From Fusobacteriota bacterium (GTDB lineage: Bacteria > Fusobacteriota > Fusobacteriia > Fusobacteriales > JBNJFI01): a stretch of DNA of 14,081 nucleotides. The stretch is taken from assembly GCA_051746725.1 (NCBI GenBank), contig JBNJFI010000056.1, forward strand, positions 1 to 14,081. The letters are read 5' to 3'. Below the pieces are notes generated by a model. The model saw only the letters and a list, made by a program, of their open reading frames with translations, did not search any database and was not told the DNA's origin. Position 1 is the first letter of the stretch, and every line of letters starts with the position of its first letter. This document shows positions 1 through 8,632 of this stretch, one piece after another. The translations under genes were made by a program, and so were the position numbers.

Positions 1-63
1 ATTTAATTATTTAAAATTTAGAAATAAAGTTTTAATAGAAAATCAAAAATAGGAGGAGATAGA

Positions 64-1767
64 ATGAAAATAAGAAATCAATTAGGAATATTCACAGTAA
101 TAACTCAAATTCTTTTAGCAGCTATTATTTTAATGGTCAATGGAATTGAGGATTTTAGCATAATTAGTTCTTTAGTAACCTTTGTTATTATAGCAGGATT
201 ATCGTATTTAGCCATGGTAATGTTATGGGAAAAAAAGATAAGCAGACCCTTAAAAGATGTTAATGATATTTTGAAATTTGTTGCAGATGGAAATTTACAA
301 AAAAGAGTTGAAGTTGAAAATGAAAATGGAGAAATAGAAGAAACAGCATTGGAATTAAATAATTTTTTAGATAAATTAGAGGACATAATTCTAAACATTG
401 ATTATACAAGTAAAAAATTAGCAAAATCATCATTTGATTTATCAGAAGATTTAAATCATATAGTAAAAGGTGATGAGAGCGACGAAAGTGTCGATAGTGT
501 TAGAAATGTAAAAGAAAATATGGATTCGATTTTAGAAAGAGTTAGAAATCAAACAGCAGGAACAGAAGAAGTATTTGCGACTTTAACAGAAATATCAGAT
601 ATGATAAACTCTATTTCTAAAAATGCAGAAGATACAAAAGCTTTATCTGTAGAAACAGCCAAAAGTGCCAAAGAGGGTGGAGAAACAGTTAAAAAGAGTT
701 TAGGAGAAATGAAAAATATAGAAGAAGCAGTAAGAAACATAGAAGCAAAAACTATTAGCTTAGGAGAATCTTCAGAAAAAATAGGAGAAATAATAACTAT
801 GATAAGAGGAATATCAGAAAAGACAAACTTATTATCGTTAAATGCAGCAATAGAAGCAGCACGGGCTGGAGAAATGGGACAAGGATTTGCAGTGGTTGCA
901 GATGAGATAAGAAAACTTGCTGATAATTCTCAAAAAGCTACAAATGAAATTGAAGACTTAATTAATGTAATACAAAAAGAGGTTAATGATGTAATAGGTG
1001 TAGTTAAAGATGGATATGAAAAAGTAAAAAGTGGAAGAGAATTATCTGAACAAACTCAATCAAAGATATTAGATATAATGGACAAAGCAGAAATGACAGA
1101 TGAAAAGATGGAAAAGATATCATATGAGATGCAAGAACAGGCAAATGCTACAAATGAGATTAATCAAACGATGGAATCAATTGCAAACAGTAGCACTGAA
1201 ATTAATGAAGTTTCAGGAGTACAAAATCAATCTTTAAGTGGTGTAAATGATAGATTACACAACTCTTTAGAAGCATTAGATGATGTAACAGAAGTTTCAG
1301 ATGCATTAAAAAATCTTTCAAATATCTTTGAGATAGATCGGACCAAAGAAGTTAAAGAGATAGATGCTATTCCATGGAAAGCAAAATATAGTGTAGGTTT
1401 AGACTCAATAGATAGTCAACATAAGAGATTATTAGAGATAATGAATGAATTAAATAATGCTATGTTACACAAAAAAGATAAAAGAGTAATAAAAAAACTT
1501 TTAGATGAATTATTAGATTATACAGAATATCACTTCAAATTTGAAGAAGATAAATTACAGAGAAATGATTGGCCAGATTTAAAAAATCATAAGAAAATAC
1601 ATAGAGGTTTTGAAAAAGAAATCAGTGACTTTATTAATGAATATGTTAGTGGAGATAAGAAAATATCAAAAGATTTAATGGATTTTTTAAAAGATTGGTT
1701 AATTAAACATATTATGGTTATTGATCAAGATTATGCACCTTATTTATTAGAAAGAGGAGAAAATTAA
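64..1767 (+). CDS. Methyl-accepting chemotaxis protein with C-terminal bacteriohemerythrin domain (DcrH-like), paralog 1
   Basis: Two N-terminal hydrophobic helices; HAMP ([20 protein letters not shown]...[10 protein letters not shown]); MCP tip motif [33 protein letters not shown]; hemerythrin motifs [35 protein letters not shown] at 51-56. Confidence 0.95.
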   Translation: MKIRNQLGIFTVITQILLAAIILMVNGIEDFSIISSLVTFVIIAGLSYLAMVMLWEKKISRPLKDVNDILKFVADGNLQKRVEVENENGEIEETALELNNFLDKLEDIILNIDYTSKKLAKSSFDLSEDLNHIVKGDESDESVDSVRNVKENMDSILERVRNQTAGTEEVFATLTEISDMINSISKNAEDTKALSVETAKSAKEGGETVKKSLGEMKNIEEAVRNIEAKTISLGESSEKIGEIITMIRGISEKTNLLSLNAAIEAARAGEMGQGFAVVADEIRKLADNSQKATNEIEDLINVIQKEVNDVIGVVKDGYEKVKSGRELSEQTQSKILDIMDKAEMTDEKMEKISYEMQEQANATNEINQTMESIANSSTEINEVSGVQNQSLSGVNDRLHNSLEALDDVTEVSDALKNLSNIFEIDRTKEVKEIDAIPWKAKYSVGLDSIDSQHKRLLEIMNELNNAMLHKKDKRVIKKLLDELLDYTEYHFKFEEDKLQRNDWPDLKNHKKIHRGFEKEISDFINEYVSGDKKISKDLMDFLKDWLIKHIMVIDQDYAPYLLERGEN

Positions 1768-1782
1768 AAAAGGAGGATGGGA

Positions 1783-3483
1783 ATGGAAATAAAAAATCAA
1801 CTGGGAATATATACAGTTTTAAATCAAGTAATACTTTTATTAGCTTTAGGGGTTTTAAAAATATTAGGAGTTGTTAATACAATTAGTTTAACATTAACAG
1901 TAATTGTAATTTCTGTTTTATCTTTTTTGATAATCCGTCTTATATGGGATAAGTTAATCAGCTTACCTCTTAAAGATATAGGTGCAACTTTAAGAATTGT
2001 AGGAGATGGGAATCTAAAAGAGAGAGTTAATATAGAAGAGTATGGTGATATAGAAGAAACGGGTTATGAGTTAAATAATTTTTTAGATAAATTAGAAAAT
2101 ATTATTCTAAATATAGATGATGCAAGTAAAAAGTTAGCCCATTCATCTATAGCTCTTTCAGAAGACTTAAATCATATTGTTAGAGGTAGTGACGACGAGG
2201 ATAGCGTTGATAGTGTTCAAGATGTTAGAGAAAATATGAATTCGATATTAGAGCGAGTTAGAAATCAGACAGCAGGGACAGAGGAAGTCTTTGCAACATT
2301 GACAGAGATATCAGATATGATAAACTCTATTTCAAAAAATGCGGAAGATACAAAATCCTTATCGGTTGAAACTGCTAAAAGTGCCAAAGAAGGTGGAGAA
2401 ACAGTTAAGAAGAGCTTAGATGAGATGAAAAATATAGAAGAAGCGGTAAGAGATATAGAAGAGAGAACTATTAATCTTGGAAATTCATCTGAAAAAATAG
2501 GAGAAATAATAACAATGATAAGGGGTATTTCAGAAAAGACGAATCTATTATCATTAAATGCAGCAATAGAGGCAGCAAGAGCTGGAGAAATGGGACAAGG
2601 ATTTGCAGTGGTTGCAGATGAGATAAGAAAGCTTGCTGATAATTCTCAAGAGGCTACAAATGAAATCGAAGACCTTATAAATGTAATACAAAATGAAGTA
2701 AATGATGTAATTGGGGTTGTAAAAGATGGATATGAAAAGGTAAAAAGTGGAAGAGAATTATCTGAACAAACACAATCAAAGATCTTAGATATAATGGATA
2801 AAGCTCAGATGACCGATGAAAAAATGGAAGAGATTTCTTATGAGATGCAAGAGCAAGCTAATGCAACAGAAGAAATTAATAAAACAATGGAATCAATTGC
2901 AAATAGTAGTACAGAGATAAACGATGTTTCGAGTTTACAACATCAATCTTTAAGTGGAGTTGGCGATAGGCTAGATAATTCATTAGAAGCTTTATATGAA
3001 GTTACCGAAGTATCAGATGCATTAAAGAATCTATCGAATATTTTTGAAGTGGATACTTCAAAAGGAATTCAAGATGTTGTGGCTATTCCATGGAAGTCAA
3101 AGTATAGTGTGAAAGTTCCATCTATAGATGCTCAACATAAAAGACTTGTTAGCTTAATAAACCAATTAAATAATGCAATGCTACAGAAAAAAGGAAAAGA
3201 AGAGATAGAAGAAGTTTTACAAGAATTAGCTAACTATACAGTCGAACATTTTGAATATGAAGAAGAACTTATGGAAAAAAATGGATTTAAAAGAATTACT
3301 AGTCATAAGAAATTGCATAAAAACTTTGTAAAAACAGTTAAAGATTTTATAAGAGAATTCGACAGAGGAGAAGCTAAACTTTCTAAAGATATATTAGATT
3401 TTTTAAAAGATTGGTTAATAAACCACATTATGGGATCTGACCAGGAATATGTAAGAGTTATGCTTGAAAATAACCAAAAATAA
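1783..3483 (+). CDS. Methyl-accepting chemotaxis protein with C-terminal bacteriohemerythrin domain, paralog 2
   Basis: Same architecture as 64..1767; hemerythrin motifs [26 protein letters not shown]. Start moved from 1777 to ATG 1783: AGGAGG (1771-1776) directly abuts ATG 1777 but lies 6 nt from ATG 1783, and [10 protein letters not shown] aligns with [10 protein letters not shown] of paralog 1. Confidence 0.93.
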   Translation: MEIKNQLGIYTVLNQVILLLALGVLKILGVVNTISLTLTVIVISVLSFLIIRLIWDKLISLPLKDIGATLRIVGDGNLKERVNIEEYGDIEETGYELNNFLDKLENIILNIDDASKKLAHSSIALSEDLNHIVRGSDDEDSVDSVQDVRENMNSILERVRNQTAGTEEVFATLTEISDMINSISKNAEDTKSLSVETAKSAKEGGETVKKSLDEMKNIEEAVRDIEERTINLGNSSEKIGEIITMIRGISEKTNLLSLNAAIEAARAGEMGQGFAVVADEIRKLADNSQEATNEIEDLINVIQNEVNDVIGVVKDGYEKVKSGRELSEQTQSKILDIMDKAQMTDEKMEEISYEMQEQANATEEINKTMESIANSSTEINDVSSLQHQSLSGVGDRLDNSLEALYEVTEVSDALKNLSNIFEVDTSKGIQDVVAIPWKSKYSVKVPSIDAQHKRLVSLINQLNNAMLQKKGKEEIEEVLQELANYTVEHFEYEEELMEKNGFKRITSHKKLHKNFVKTVKDFIREFDRGEAKLSKDILDFLKDWLINHIMGSDQEYVRVMLENNQK

Positions 3484-3499
3484 GAAGATTCAGGATAAA

Positions 3500-3544
3500 A
3501 TTAAAATAGAGATTAGTTGTAATAATTCTAATCTCTATTTTAAT
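3500..3544 (+). terminator. Perfect 17-bp inverted repeat after the MCP pair; probable intrinsic terminator or mRNA-stabilising hairpin
   Basis: ATTAAAATAGAGATTAG (3500-3516), 11-nt loop, CTAATCTCTATTTTAAT (3528-3544); starts 16 nt after the stop codon; only a short T run. Confidence 0.7.
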
Positions 3545-3578
3545 ATATATTACGAATTTATAGTAAAGGAGAGATCAT

Positions 3579-6125
3579 ATGATAGAAAATATATTACCTA
3601 AGTTACCAGTTACAGACCCAGTTTTGATTTTTTTAATTGTAATGTCTATAGTTTTGATTGCCCCTATACTTGCGGAAAAGTTAAAACTTCCTGGGATTAT
3701 AGGATTAATAACTTTTGGAATAATTGTAGGTCCACATGCACTGGATATATTAGAAAACAATACAACTATAGAATTATTAGGAACAATTGGACTTTTATAC
3801 ATAATGTTCCAAGCAGGATTAGAAATAAATTTAGGTGAGGTAAAGAAAAATAAACACCACAGTATCTTTTTTGGATTATTAACTTTTTTGATTCCATTAA
3901 TCCTTGGTACAGTAACAGCGTATTTTTATCTTAATATGAATTTAGTTGCGTCAGTTTTGTTATCTAGTATGTTCTCATCTCATACTTTAATAACATTTCC
4001 TATTGTGAGTAAGATGGGGCTAGCAAAAAAGAGCTCCATAACCTCTGCAATTGGTGGAACAATAATAACAGATACATTAGCTTTTTTGATATTAGCAGTA
4101 GTAGTAGCTATAAATAGTGGAGATATGAGCATAATGTTTTGGATCAAATTTATTATATTGGTAATAATTACAGTGTCGATAACGATAAAATTCCTCCCAG
4201 TATTAGCTCGATGGTTTTTTAGAAAATATTCATCAGAGTTAGATGTTAAAGACTATGTTTTCGTTATTACTGTATTGTTTTTATCAGCTCATATTTTTCA
4301 CAAAATCGGACTAGAACATGTAATAGGAGCTTTTTTGAGTGGACTTGTATTAAATTCCCTTATCCCTGAAAAAAGTGTCTTAATGAATAGAATAAAATTC
4401 GTAGGAGATTCTTTATTTATTCCTTTTTTCCTAATATCAGTGGGAATGTTAATTAATGTTAGACATTTTATAAGCGGAAGAGAAACTTTAAAAGTTTCTT
4501 TAACTATGATAGTCTTAGGGATTGTGAGTAAATACATAGCGGCACATCTCTTTGGAAAAATCGCTAAATTTAAAAAATCCGAAAATAATCTTATTTTTGC
4601 GATTACAGTTAATCAAGCAGCAGCAACGTTGGCCGCTGTAATGGTAGGGGTTAGATTAGATATATTTGATAATAATATATTAACAGGAACAGTTGCAATG
4701 ATTATGGTTACTAGTTTTGTGGGGTCAATTTTCACAGAAAAATTTGCTAGACAAGTTGCACGTGAGTCAGAAGACGATTATGAAGTAGAAGACCATAAAA
4801 TATTAGATAGAATTTTAATACCAATAAAAAATTCAAAAAATCTAGAAAAAATAATGGAGTTTTCTTTATTAATAAAAGAACCGAAAAATGATCAACCTGT
4901 TTATCCATTAAATGTAGCTTTGGAAGGAAAAGACACAGAAAAACAAATTTTAAGGGGAGAAAATCTTTTAACTAAAACAGTTGCAATTGCAAACTCAATG
5001 CAAAAAAGTGCGAATCCCATTAATAAAATTGACATAAATGTATCAAAAGCTATTTCTAAATCAGTTAAAGAGCAGAGAATTTCTAAGGTAGTATTTGGAT
5101 GTAAAGATCTGTATGGAAGTCAACACTACTTATTTAATTCAGTAGTGGACCAATTTATAAGAAATAGTCATGAAACAACGTATATTGCTAATTTTAAACA
5201 TCCTTTGGGAATTTCCGAAAAAATATTTATAATTGTACCTACTTTTATGAATAAGCAAAAAGGGTTTGCAAATACATTTAAATCAATTATACAGTTGGCA
5301 ATACGTATAAACACCAAATTAATAATAGTTTCAGATGAAACAGCCCTTGGGGATATTAAAAAGATTATTTCAAAGAAAAAGTCTACTCTTGAATATGATT
5401 TCTTGACAATTAATAGTTGGAAGAAGATATATGATACTTTAGTTGAAAATGTTGATAAAAATGACATGTTAGTTCAGATGATTGCTAGACAGGATCAAAT
5501 TGCCTGGAAATTAAGTTCTGACCGTATGCCAAGAAAATTAAGATCATTTTTTCCAAATAATAACATAATAGTTGTTTATCCTTATTATGATCTTGAAGAA
5601 GATAGATATATAGAAACTTCTGAATCAGAGACAATAGAAGTTCCTTTATTGAAAAATATTCCAGAGGATAACTTTTCATTTAAAGTGGATTATAAAGATA
5701 TAGAAAGAGTATTAGATGATATTAGCAAGAATAATTATAATGAATATGTTTATAATGAACTGATATCTGTGTTAAAAGAATCTCCAATTGAATTAACTCA
5801 TGATGTATTATTAATTCATATCCATACAACATATGTGGAGGATTTTGAAATATATTTCTATGTTAATGAAGATCAGTTTGAAACAGAATATATAGAATCA
5901 AATCCTAAAATAGTAATTACTTTATTGTCACCAAAATATGGAACTTTGAAAGATCATTTGAAAAAATTATCTGAGATAGCAAAATTGTCATCTAATGATA
6001 GATTTATTGACAATTTAATAGAAGCTGAAAATTATAATAATTTTATTAAATTATCAAAAGAAGATAAAAATGAACTTGGTTTAGAAGATAAAAATATTGA
6101 TTCAAATGAGAAAAGTGATAAATAA
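3579..6125 (+). CDS. CPA2-family cation:proton antiporter with cytoplasmic USP-like domains and a C-terminal PTS EIIA-like domain
   Basis: About 390 aa multi-TM N-terminus with CPA2 motifs (KLPGIIGLITFGIIVGP, GLLYIMFQAGLE, IITDTLA, IGAFLSGL, FIPFFLISVGM); USP-like starts (RILIPIKN, KIFIIVP); EIIA-like tail. RBS AAGGAG at 3566-3571. Confidence 0.88.
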   Translation: MIENILPKLPVTDPVLIFLIVMSIVLIAPILAEKLKLPGIIGLITFGIIVGPHALDILENNTTIELLGTIGLLYIMFQAGLEINLGEVKKNKHHSIFFGLLTFLIPLILGTVTAYFYLNMNLVASVLLSSMFSSHTLITFPIVSKMGLAKKSSITSAIGGTIITDTLAFLILAVVVAINSGDMSIMFWIKFIILVIITVSITIKFLPVLARWFFRKYSSELDVKDYVFVITVLFLSAHIFHKIGLEHVIGAFLSGLVLNSLIPEKSVLMNRIKFVGDSLFIPFFLISVGMLINVRHFISGRETLKVSLTMIVLGIVSKYIAAHLFGKIAKFKKSENNLIFAITVNQAAATLAAVMVGVRLDIFDNNILTGTVAMIMVTSFVGSIFTEKFARQVARESEDDYEVEDHKILDRILIPIKNSKNLEKIMEFSLLIKEPKNDQPVYPLNVALEGKDTEKQILRGENLLTKTVAIANSMQKSANPINKIDINVSKAISKSVKEQRISKVVFGCKDLYGSQHYLFNSVVDQFIRNSHETTYIANFKHPLGISEKIFIIVPTFMNKQKGFANTFKSIIQLAIRINTKLIIVSDETALGDIKKIISKKKSTLEYDFLTINSWKKIYDTLVENVDKNDMLVQMIARQDQIAWKLSSDRMPRKLRSFFPNNNIIVVYPYYDLEEDRYIETSESETIEVPLLKNIPEDNFSFKVDYKDIERVLDDISKNNYNEYVYNELISVLKESPIELTHDVLLIHIHTTYVEDFEIYFYVNEDQFETEYIESNPKIVITLLSPKYGTLKDHLKKLSEIAKLSSNDRFIDNLIEAENYNNFIKLSKEDKNELGLEDKNIDSNEKSDK

Positions 6126-6139
6126 AAGGGGGATTTAAA

Positions 6140-7009
6140 ATGATTTGGAGAAAAAAATTTGAAATTGGCGTAGAAAAGATTGATAAACAGCATAAAGAAT
6201 TATTTGAAAGAGTATTTAGCTTTTTAGAAGTAGTACGTGGAGATTATGATAAAGCTGCTAAATATGAAAGATTAGAAGAAACTTTGAGTTTTATGTCAAA
6301 ATATGTTGTAATTCATTTTGATTCAGAAGAAAAATTACAAAGGACATGTAACTATCCAGACTATAAAAAACATCATGAAATTCATGAGGGGTTCAAGGAT
6401 GGTGTAGAAAAATTTAAAGATGATTTCAAAAAAGGGAAAATAACAGAAGATGATATTCAGAAATTTAGTGGACGTTTATTAGCCTGGTTAATAAATCATG
6501 TGGTTAGAGAAGATCAAAAAATTGCTAACTTTCTTGGAAATGTTGAAGAAGAAGTAGTCTTGCAAATAGATAGAGAAAATATTGATATAATAAAAGAATC
6601 TACAAGAAAAATATTGAATTCTATGTTACAGTTAGATTCAAAAAAGGTTGATAAAGAGGGTATTCTTCTCGAAAAACGAGTTATTGGATCTATTGGTATT
6701 TATGGTGATATAAATGGAAAAATATATTTTTCAATGTCTAAAGATTTTGCTATTAATGCAGTTAAAAAAATGGCTGCAATGGACTTAGAAAAAGTAGATA
6801 GTTTTGTAAAATCTGCTATAGGAGAATTAGTAAATATTATTTCTGCAAATGTTTTATCTGAATTTAATAAGTCAAAAAAGATATGCGATATTACGCCTCC
6901 AGATGTTTTTGTAGGACGAGATGCTGAGGAGATTTTAAATGAAAATTATGATACCATATATATAAATACAGATTTAGGAGAAATAAAAATTAGTTCAGAT
7001 GTAGAATAA
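6140..7009 (+). CDS. cheX: Bacteriohemerythrin-CheX (CheY-P phosphatase) fusion protein
   Basis: N-terminal hemerythrin (W...IGVEKIDKQH, HFDSEE, HHEIH, WLINHVVRED); C-terminal CheX-like domain (IGIYGDING, SAIGELVNIISAN with catalytic ExxN, DITPP). RBS AAGGGGG upstream; 14 nt after the antiporter stop. Confidence 0.88.
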   Translation: MIWRKKFEIGVEKIDKQHKELFERVFSFLEVVRGDYDKAAKYERLEETLSFMSKYVVIHFDSEEKLQRTCNYPDYKKHHEIHEGFKDGVEKFKDDFKKGKITEDDIQKFSGRLLAWLINHVVREDQKIANFLGNVEEEVVLQIDRENIDIIKESTRKILNSMLQLDSKKVDKEGILLEKRVIGSIGIYGDINGKIYFSMSKDFAINAVKKMAAMDLEKVDSFVKSAIGELVNIISANVLSEFNKSKKICDITPPDVFVGRDAEEILNENYDTIYINTDLGEIKISSDVE

Positions 7010-7020
7010 GGAAATAAGCC

Positions 7021-7065
7021 AAAAAGGAAGAATAAGCCGATTATCGGTTTATTCTTCCTTTTTTT
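7021..7065. terminator. Bidirectional rho-independent terminator between convergent operons
   Basis: AAAAAGGAAGAATAAGCCGA-TTA-TCGGTTTATTCTTCCTTTTT(TT): 20-bp stem with one G-U pair, flanked by an A-tract and a T-tract, between stops at 7009 (+) and 7074 (-). Confidence 0.92.
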
Positions 7066-7073
7066 ATTAAAAA

Positions 7074-7652
7074 TTATTTAGAGATAAATGGATTATCTTT
7101 AATATGAAATCTCCATAATTTGTCCTTAAATTCTTTAGCATAATCTATATTTATTCTGGTAGATTTTTCAATGGCTTCTGTTGAATCATTTATTTTGATG
7201 TAAATATCATTATTGGTATCTGTTAGGTCAATTTCATTTAAATTTTTATCTATCTTTAGAGCCTGACATAATTTTCCAGGACCATTGGTTAAGTCTGCTA
7301 ACTTTTTTGACTTTATATTTCTATTTTCTTTTATTATATCTAGTCCTTTAACAGGTTCAACTCCTCTAATTAATATTGCAGCAGGAAACCCTTTTTTGCC
7401 AGTGACAACATTAAAACAATAGTACATCCCATAAATTAGGTATATATAGGAGCATCCACCAGGTAGAAACATGGATTTTGTTCTTTTGGTTTTTTTATTT
7501 CCATGGGCATGACTTGCTTTATCTTCAGGGCCAATATAACATTCTACATCTACTATTTTTGCTATAATTTTTTGACCATTTAATTTTCTAACCAAATAGC
7601 TTCCTAAAAGAGTTTTGGCTATTTTCTTGGTATCACCTTCAAAAAAGTTCAT
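7074..7652 (-). CDS. mpg: DNA-3-methyladenine glycosylase (MPG/AAG family)
   Basis: Motifs AKTLLG, IVDVECYIGPEDKASHA, YIYLIYGMYYCFNVVT, AILIRGVEP, LTNGPGKLCQAL, RINI, WRF. RBS GAGGTG upstream. Confidence 0.95.
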   Translation of the reverse strand: MNFFEGDTKKIAKTLLGSYLVRKLNGQKIIAKIVDVECYIGPEDKASHAHGNKKTKRTKSMFLPGGCSYIYLIYGMYYCFNVVTGKKGFPAAILIRGVEPVKGLDIIKENRNIKSKKLADLTNGPGKLCQALKIDKNLNEIDLTDTNNDIYIKINDSTEAIEKSTRINIDYAKEFKDKLWRFHIKDNPFISK

Positions 7653-7667
7653 ATATCACCTCTGAAT

Positions 7668-8606
7668 TTATTTTAATTTAAAATTTTTAAATAAGAAATT
7701 GAGATAACTTATCTCTAAGTTAATCATCTCTGGATCCCTTTTTTTGAGCCAATGGGATAACCATCCACCAAATCTAAGAGCAATAATAAAAGAATTGAGA
7801 TATTTCCACGAACTTTCCTCGATAATATTACTAGATTTTATTTCATTTAGAAAAACTTTGTTAAATTTCCCATTTATAAATTTAGGATCTTCCATTCCAA
7901 CACAGCTAATAAAGTTAGCAACGTCATAAATATCGTAATTTAATCCAGAAAATTCCCAGTCAATTACAGAATTTATATGTTGAGACCCCCAAATAATATT
8001 TAAAGGATGATAATCGCCGTGGCAAAATCTTTTGGGTAACTTTGGTTCATATTCCAAAAAAGTTGATTCAATGTATTTCATTATAAATTTTAACTTTTGA
8101 TTATATATGCCATCTTTTTTTCTAAAATCAGAAATCATATTAATTATATTCTCTTTTAAGTTTCCTTTATAAGATGATATATTAAGATCCTCATTATTTT
8201 TAGAAATCTTATATAAATTAACCAAAAATTCTGCTGATTTTATGGCTCGCCATTTCTGATTTAAATAATTAGGTCTTTCTAAAGGAATTCCAGGAATATA
8301 TTTTTTTAGTTGAAAGTTTCTAAGTTTATATTCAGTAAGATATTCATTATTTAAATTTAAACAATATTTTTCAACTGGCAATTTATAATTATGTAATATG
8401 CTAAGATTTTTCAAAATTCTCTTTTTTGTTTTTATATCTTCAAACTTAATCTTTTCGAGGATAAATAAGTTTTCTTTTTTGCTCTCAAATATAAATCTGT
8501 TTGCAGTTCTGCTAGGGCTTCCTGTTATATTTATATCTTCTCTAAAATTTTTAAAATTAATTCCATATTTATTAATAACATTTTGATAATCGTGATTATT
8601 TAGCAA
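7668..8606 (-). CDS. Aminoglycoside phosphotransferase / homoserine kinase type II-like small-molecule kinase
   Basis: Catalytic HGDYHPLNI and VIDWE motifs, then YDVAN. The ORF-track start is ATG 8645, which overlaps the photolyase and lacks an RBS; an in-frame TTG at 8606 has GGAGG (8616-8612) 5 nt upstream and is preferred. Substrate unknown. Confidence 0.8.
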   Translation of the reverse strand: MLNNHDYQNVINKYGINFKNFREDINITGSPSRTANRFIFESKKENLFILEKIKFEDIKTKKRILKNLSILHNYKLPVEKYCLNLNNEYLTEYKLRNFQLKKYIPGIPLERPNYLNQKWRAIKSAEFLVNLYKISKNNEDLNISSYKGNLKENIINMISDFRKKDGIYNQKLKFIMKYIESTFLEYEPKLPKRFCHGDYHPLNIIWGSQHINSVIDWEFSGLNYDIYDVANFISCVGMEDPKFINGKFNKVFLNEIKSSNIIEESSWKYLNSFIIALRFGGWLSHWLKKRDPEMINLEISYLNFLFKNFKLK

Positions 8607-8632
8607 TGTAACCTCCGTATGAGTTTTCCTTA

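Noticed and set aside
25..51. Possible sigma28 (FliA) promoter upstream of MCP 1 (TAAAGTTT at 25-32)
   Set aside because: No GCCGATAA-like -10 at the required spacing (reads CAAAAATA); the real promoter may lie outside the window.
105..740. Antisense ORFs 105..398 and 549..740
   Set aside because: Shadow frames of the MCP gene; no motif, and Ser/Phe/Ile-rich as expected for the reverse of AT-rich codons.
1777..1782. ORF-track start ATG 1777 for MCP 2
   Set aside because: Zero spacing from the RBS; ATG 1783 fits both the RBS and the paralog alignment.
3575..5679. Antisense ORFs 3575..3802, 4298..4537, 5168..5467 and 5485..5679
   Set aside because: They lie essentially within the antiporter on the opposite strand and show no recognisable features.
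7008..7043. Short direct repeat AATAAGCC and a sigma28-like GCCGATTA near the terminator
   Set aside because: Too short to be significant and explained by the terminator stem; no matching -35 or downstream gene.
7744..8586. Plus-strand ORFs 7744..7929 and 8398..8586
   Set aside because: Antisense to the kinase gene; their hydrophobic look reflects the Lys/Asn-rich sense strand.
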